IMG/VR virus record: IMGVR_UViG_3300008262_000126
Location: 8,321 to 72,320 of that record
DNA length: 64,000 nucleotides
DNA from: a virus
Direction: 5' to 3' (one strand)
The notes below the pieces were generated by a model, which was given only the letters and a program-made list of their open reading frames with translations, searched no databases and had not been told where the DNA came from. A program made the translations under genes and the position numbers. Shown in pieces: positions 62,833 through 64,000 of this stretch (its first letter is position 1; every line of letters starts with the position of its first letter).

Positions 62833-63294
62833 CTAGTTCCGCCAGCCGGGCAGGAAAGCCCACAACACGTCGAGCGCGTTGCCACTCAGAGCACGCTTCG
62901 TACGGTCGTCAACCGTAATGTACTGCTCTGAGGCCCACTCCTTGGTGTAGGCCTCTACCCGCTTGCGAGCCTCGGTCATTTCCTTCTGGTAGAAGGAAAG
63001 GAGATCAATGGCTTTACGCGGATACGGATTGTCGTCCTGCAGCCGATGTGGCCAGCTAGCATACTCGACAATAGAATCTGGTGCGTACACCAGATCCCGC
63101 AACTCGAAGCCATCCTCGATCTCGCGAGTGGTCCAGACTTCCGGACCACGACCATACCTGTAGGCACGGCTGTAGCTGAAGACCGACCAGAGAACCTCCT
63201 CCTCGGTGAAGGGCGTTTCCTTCACCAGCACGAACGAGAACCGCTTCTCGTTGTCGAACGAATCCTGGATGGCGACGATATGGCGATTTGCCAT
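62833..63294 (-). CDS. Hypothetical early protein
   Basis: AAGGAG SD before the ATG at 63294. Confidence 0.65.
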   Translation of the reverse strand: MANRHIVAIQDSFDNEKRFSFVLVKETPFTEEEVLWSVFSYSRAYRYGRGPEVWTTREIEDGFELRDLVYAPDSIVEYASWPHRLQDDNPYPRKAIDLLSFYQKEMTEARKRVEAYTKEWASEQYITVDDRTKRALSGNALDVLWAFLPGWRN

Positions 63295-63363
63295 GGTGTT
63301 TGCTCCTTTCAAGAGCTAAAGAATGTTACCTCGCATCCGACGCAGGCGAGAGTTGCCAACACA

Positions 63364-63738
63364 CTACAGGCCCTGGAACTCGTCCGAACGGCCAACTAGG
63401 TACCACGTACACATGTACTTAGTACCCGAAAACACAGGTAGGTCTAACTGCGGCTCTGTCACGTGAAAGCACCGCAGACTAGTATCCCACCTCAGCCTGA
63501 GGCAGGGGTCAGTCAAATCCTCGTATCCGTGCATACGAGTATACTGATCCCGCCTACCCTTGAGATACGTCAGCATAGTCGCCCGCGTACCAACACGGAC
63601 AATGGTATCCTGACGGCCAAACACTTTCCACTCCTGTGCACTTGCCTCGTACACAGGAGGGAGCAAGTTGGTGTACCGCGCTATCGTGGCCGTTTCCGAC
63701 TCACGATAGATGTGCGGCTGCTTGCCACGTACTTTCAT
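63364..63738 (-). CDS. Hypothetical early protein
   Basis: AAGGA SD; ATGA-coupled to the upstream gene. Confidence 0.55.
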   Translation of the reverse strand: MKVRGKQPHIYRESETATIARYTNLLPPVYEASAQEWKVFGRQDTIVRVGTRATMLTYLKGRRDQYTRMHGYEDLTDPCLRLRWDTSLRCFHVTEPQLDLPVFSGTKYMCTWYLVGRSDEFQGL

Positions 63739-63986
63739 ACCAGTCCTTTCTCCCACAGGTTAATTGTGTACCAGCTCTCAATGCCATCATACATGGCCTT
63801 GAGGTCTTCCTGCTTCGGATCGTTGTACGAGAGTTTTTGGAACTCGTGCATGCCATACAGGATACCCTCGAACTCCGACCAGTCTTTCCGGTACGCTGCG
63901 AATAACAGCGCGCGAATCTCCGTGTTCTCAGGCAATGCCTTCGAGAACTCACGGATCCGGTACATCAAGTCTGCATGTGTTTCCAT
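63735..63986 (-). CDS. Hypothetical early protein
   Basis: AAGGAG SD; 83 aa. Confidence 0.65.
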   Translation of the reverse strand: METHADLMYRIREFSKALPENTEIRALLFAAYRKDWSEFEGILYGMHEFQKLSYNDPKQEDLKAMYDGIESWYTINLWEKGLV

Positions 63987-64000
63987 GCTGTGCTCCTTTC

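Larger units (their letters stand above)
62395..63358 (-). repeat. Two copies of a 29-nt structured motif (62395-62423, 63330-63358)
   Basis: TGGCAACT-stem-CTGCGTCGGAT-stem; the only 4 differences form two compensatory base-pair swaps. Confidence 0.8.

Noticed and set aside
62807-62836. preQ1-I-like look on the + strand (GAGGTTC...CCTC...AAACTAG)
   Set aside because: It is antisense to the surrounding genes, loop-tail pairing is poor, and no queuosine genes are nearby.
1-64000. Stop-codon reassignment
   Set aside because: Conserved genes are full length in the standard code, TAA, TAG and TGA all terminate genes, and there is no suppressor tRNA.

Overview
This window is about 64 kb of a large tailed (siphovirus-like) bacteriophage genome with no cellular genes. 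At the left, a leftward operon holds a MazG-like gene, class II ribonucleotide reductase, small terminase and a large terminase that carries an intein; the large terminase runs off the window edge and is missing from the ORF track. A rightward morphogenesis block follows: prohead protease/scaffold, decoration protein, major capsid, neck, tail tube, chaperones, a 5521-aa tape-measure protein, tail tip and fibre. Next come replication and recombination genes (SSB, primase, DnaB, resolvase, PolA, RecA, Cas4-like nuclease, ThyX), glycosyl- and methyltransferases, three tRNAs (Arg-TCT, probable Ile2-CAT, Leu-TAA) and a GH73-like lysin. A non-coding origin-like region separates these from a convergent, GC-richer early-type operon (ArdC, gp88-like, small ORFs) punctuated by conserved hairpins and ending in a hammerhead ribozyme. 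The most striking observation is the tape-measure protein, which embeds three enzyme domains with catalytic residues retained (PP2C phosphatase, DEDDh exonuclease, staphylococcal-nuclease fold), making it a candidate co-injected multi-effector. Other highlights are the type II hammerhead, a HiPIP-like Fe-S domain on the prohead protease, and a candidate late promoter. All calls come from motifs read by eye; no searches were run.
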